From an uncultured Pseudomonadales bacterium (GTDB taxonomy: Bacteria > Pseudomonadota > Gammaproteobacteria > Pseudomonadales > UBA7239), in the NCBI GenBank assembly GCA_964534675.1, contig CAZHQZ010000002.1, forward strand, positions 1 through 32,189: DNA of 32,189 nucleotides. Reading direction: 5' to 3'. The notes beneath the pieces were generated by a model. That model searched no databases and was not told the DNA's origin. It saw only the letters and a list, made by a program, of their open reading frames with translations. The position numbers and the translations under genes are program-made. Shown here one piece after another: positions 30,950-32,189 of the stretch. How positions within the stretch are numbered: position 1 is the first letter of the stretch; every line of letters begins with the position of its first letter.

Positions 30950-30976
30950 TCGTTGTCACCAGTAGAGAGAATGACC

Positions 30977-32189
30977 ATGAAACTGCCTATTTATTTTGAT
31001 TATTCCGCTACCACGCCAGTTGATCCGCGTGTGGCAAAAAAAATGATGGATTGCCTCACTTTGGATGGCAATTTTGGCAACCCCGCGTCGCGTTCGCATC
31101 TGTTTGGTTGGAAGGCAGAAGAAGCGATAGAAGAGGCGCGCAATCAAGTGGCAGCTTTGATTGGCGCAGACCCGCGTGAAATTGTTTGGACCTCGGGCGC
31201 CACCGAATCCGATAACTTGGCAATCAAAGGTGTGGCGCATTTCAACGAGAAAAAAGGCAAACACATCGTCACGTCAAAAATCGAACACAAAGCAGTGTTG
31301 GATACTTGCCGTCAGTTGGAGCGCGAAGGTTTTGAAGTTACTTATTTGGATCCGAGCTCTGATGGTTTAATCAGCGCACAGCAAGTGGAAGCGGCGTTGC
31401 GCCCAGACACCACGCTGGTGTCGATCATGCACGTCAACAATGAAATCGGCACGATCAACGATATTGCTGCCATCGGTGCCGTGTGTCGTGCCAAAGGTGT
31501 TTTTTATCATGTGGATGCTGCGCAGAGCGCAGGTAAAGTGCCGCTGAATATGGCTGAAATGCCGGTGGATTTGCTCTCGCTATCCGCACATAAAGTCTAC
31601 GGTCCCAAAGGTATCGGTGCTTTGTATGTGGGTCGTAAGCCGCGCGTGCGTTTGGAAGCACAAATGCACGGCGGTGGGCACGAGCGCGGTATGCGTTCTG
31701 GTACATTGCCTACGCATCAAATCGTGGGCATGGGTGAAGCATTTCGTATTGCCGGTGAAGAAATGGCGACAGAAAATGCGCGCATTTTGGCCTTGCGCAA
31801 TCGCTTACTGGCGGGTGTTAGCGACATCGAACAAGTGTTTGTTAACGGCTCGCTCGATCATCGCGTAGCCAGTAATTTGAATATCAGTTTTGCGTTTGTT
31901 GAAGGTGAATCTTTGATTATGGCGCTGAAAGATTTGGCGCTGTCTTCTGGGTCTGCTTGCACATCTGCTAGCTTGGAGCCTTCGTATGTTTTGCGTGCGT
32001 TGGGTTTGACCGATGAATTGGCACACAGCTCGTTGCGCTTCAGCATTGGTCGCTTTACTACGGAAGCTGACATCGATCACGCCGTGGCGCAACTGCGTCG
32101 CGCTGTTGGCAAATTGCGTGAATTGTCGCCGTTGTGGGATATGTACAAAGAAGGGATAGATTTGAATTCTGTGCAATGGGCTGCGCATT
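30977..32189 (+). CDS. iscS: Cysteine desulfurase IscS (all 404 sense codons present; the window ends on the first base of the stop codon)
   Basis: Not in the ORF track because no stop is reached. Translation gives [24 protein letters not shown]...[13 protein letters not shown]...[16 protein letters not shown]...[21 protein letters not shown]...NSVQWAAH. It is collinear with E. coli IscS, including the active-site Cys loop. Confidence 0.96.
   Translation, partial: MKLPIYFDYSATTPVDPRVAKKMMDCLTLDGNFGNPASRSHLFGWKAEEAIEEARNQVAALIGADPREIVWTSGATESDNLAIKGVAHFNEKKGKHIVTSKIEHKAVLDTCRQLEREGFEVTYLDPSSDGLISAQQVEAALRPDTTLVSIMHVNNEIGTINDIAAIGAVCRAKGVFYHVDAAQSAGKVPLNMAEMPVDLLSLSAHKVYGPKGIGALYVGRKPRVRLEAQMHGGGHERGMRSGTLPTHQIVGMGEAFRIAGEEMATENARILALRNRLLAGVSDIEQVFVNGSLDHRVASNLNISFAFVEGESLIMALKDLALSSGSACTSASLEPSYVLRALGLTDELAHSSLRFSIGRFTTEADIDHAVAQLRRAVGKLRELSPLWDMYKEGIDLNSVQWAAH

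Overview
This is a 32.2-kb bacterial chromosomal window. The housekeeping genes look gammaproteobacterial, but that is inference only. The window splits at tRNA-Arg(ACG) (19746-19822, minus strand).

Left of the tRNA (1-19745) is a compositionally mosaic accessory/defence island punctuated by IS3-family ends. These are at 1-167, a weak relic at 12409-12443, and an internally deleted copy at 18418-18646. A further 77-bp solo end lies at 24260-24336. The cargo, in order:
- a type I Thoeris system (thsA SIR2-SLOG plus thsB TIR);
- a type I R-M locus with hsdS and hsdR but no hsdM in the window. It carries three embedded genes, the first two chained to hsdS by ATGA overlaps: a DUF4143-type AAA ATPase, an uncharacterised HEPN-motif plus 4xCxxC zinc-ribbon protein in the slot that PrrC occupies in the prr locus, and an AlbA_2/Schlafen-type protein;
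- a tyrosine recombinase;
- a 694-aa two-domain glycosyltransferase;
- a tightly coupled radical-SAM / PHP phosphoesterase / PRTase-fold operon with a convergent DUF120-like (CTP-dependent riboflavin-kinase-like) gene.

I cannot place that last operon in any known pathway or named defence system. I consider it the best candidate for a new system, probably involving nucleoside/nucleotide-analogue chemistry.

Right of the tRNA is mostly core genome: a secreted esterase, an SDR, parD-parE (parE broken by an extra T in a T7 run), a DUF6933-like gene, rpsT, tRNA-Ser(GGA), groES-groEL behind a textbook sigma32 promoter, fxsA, an M18 aminopeptidase, malic enzyme, rpmE and iscR-iscS.

All family calls come from motif recognition by eye. 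No database searches were run.
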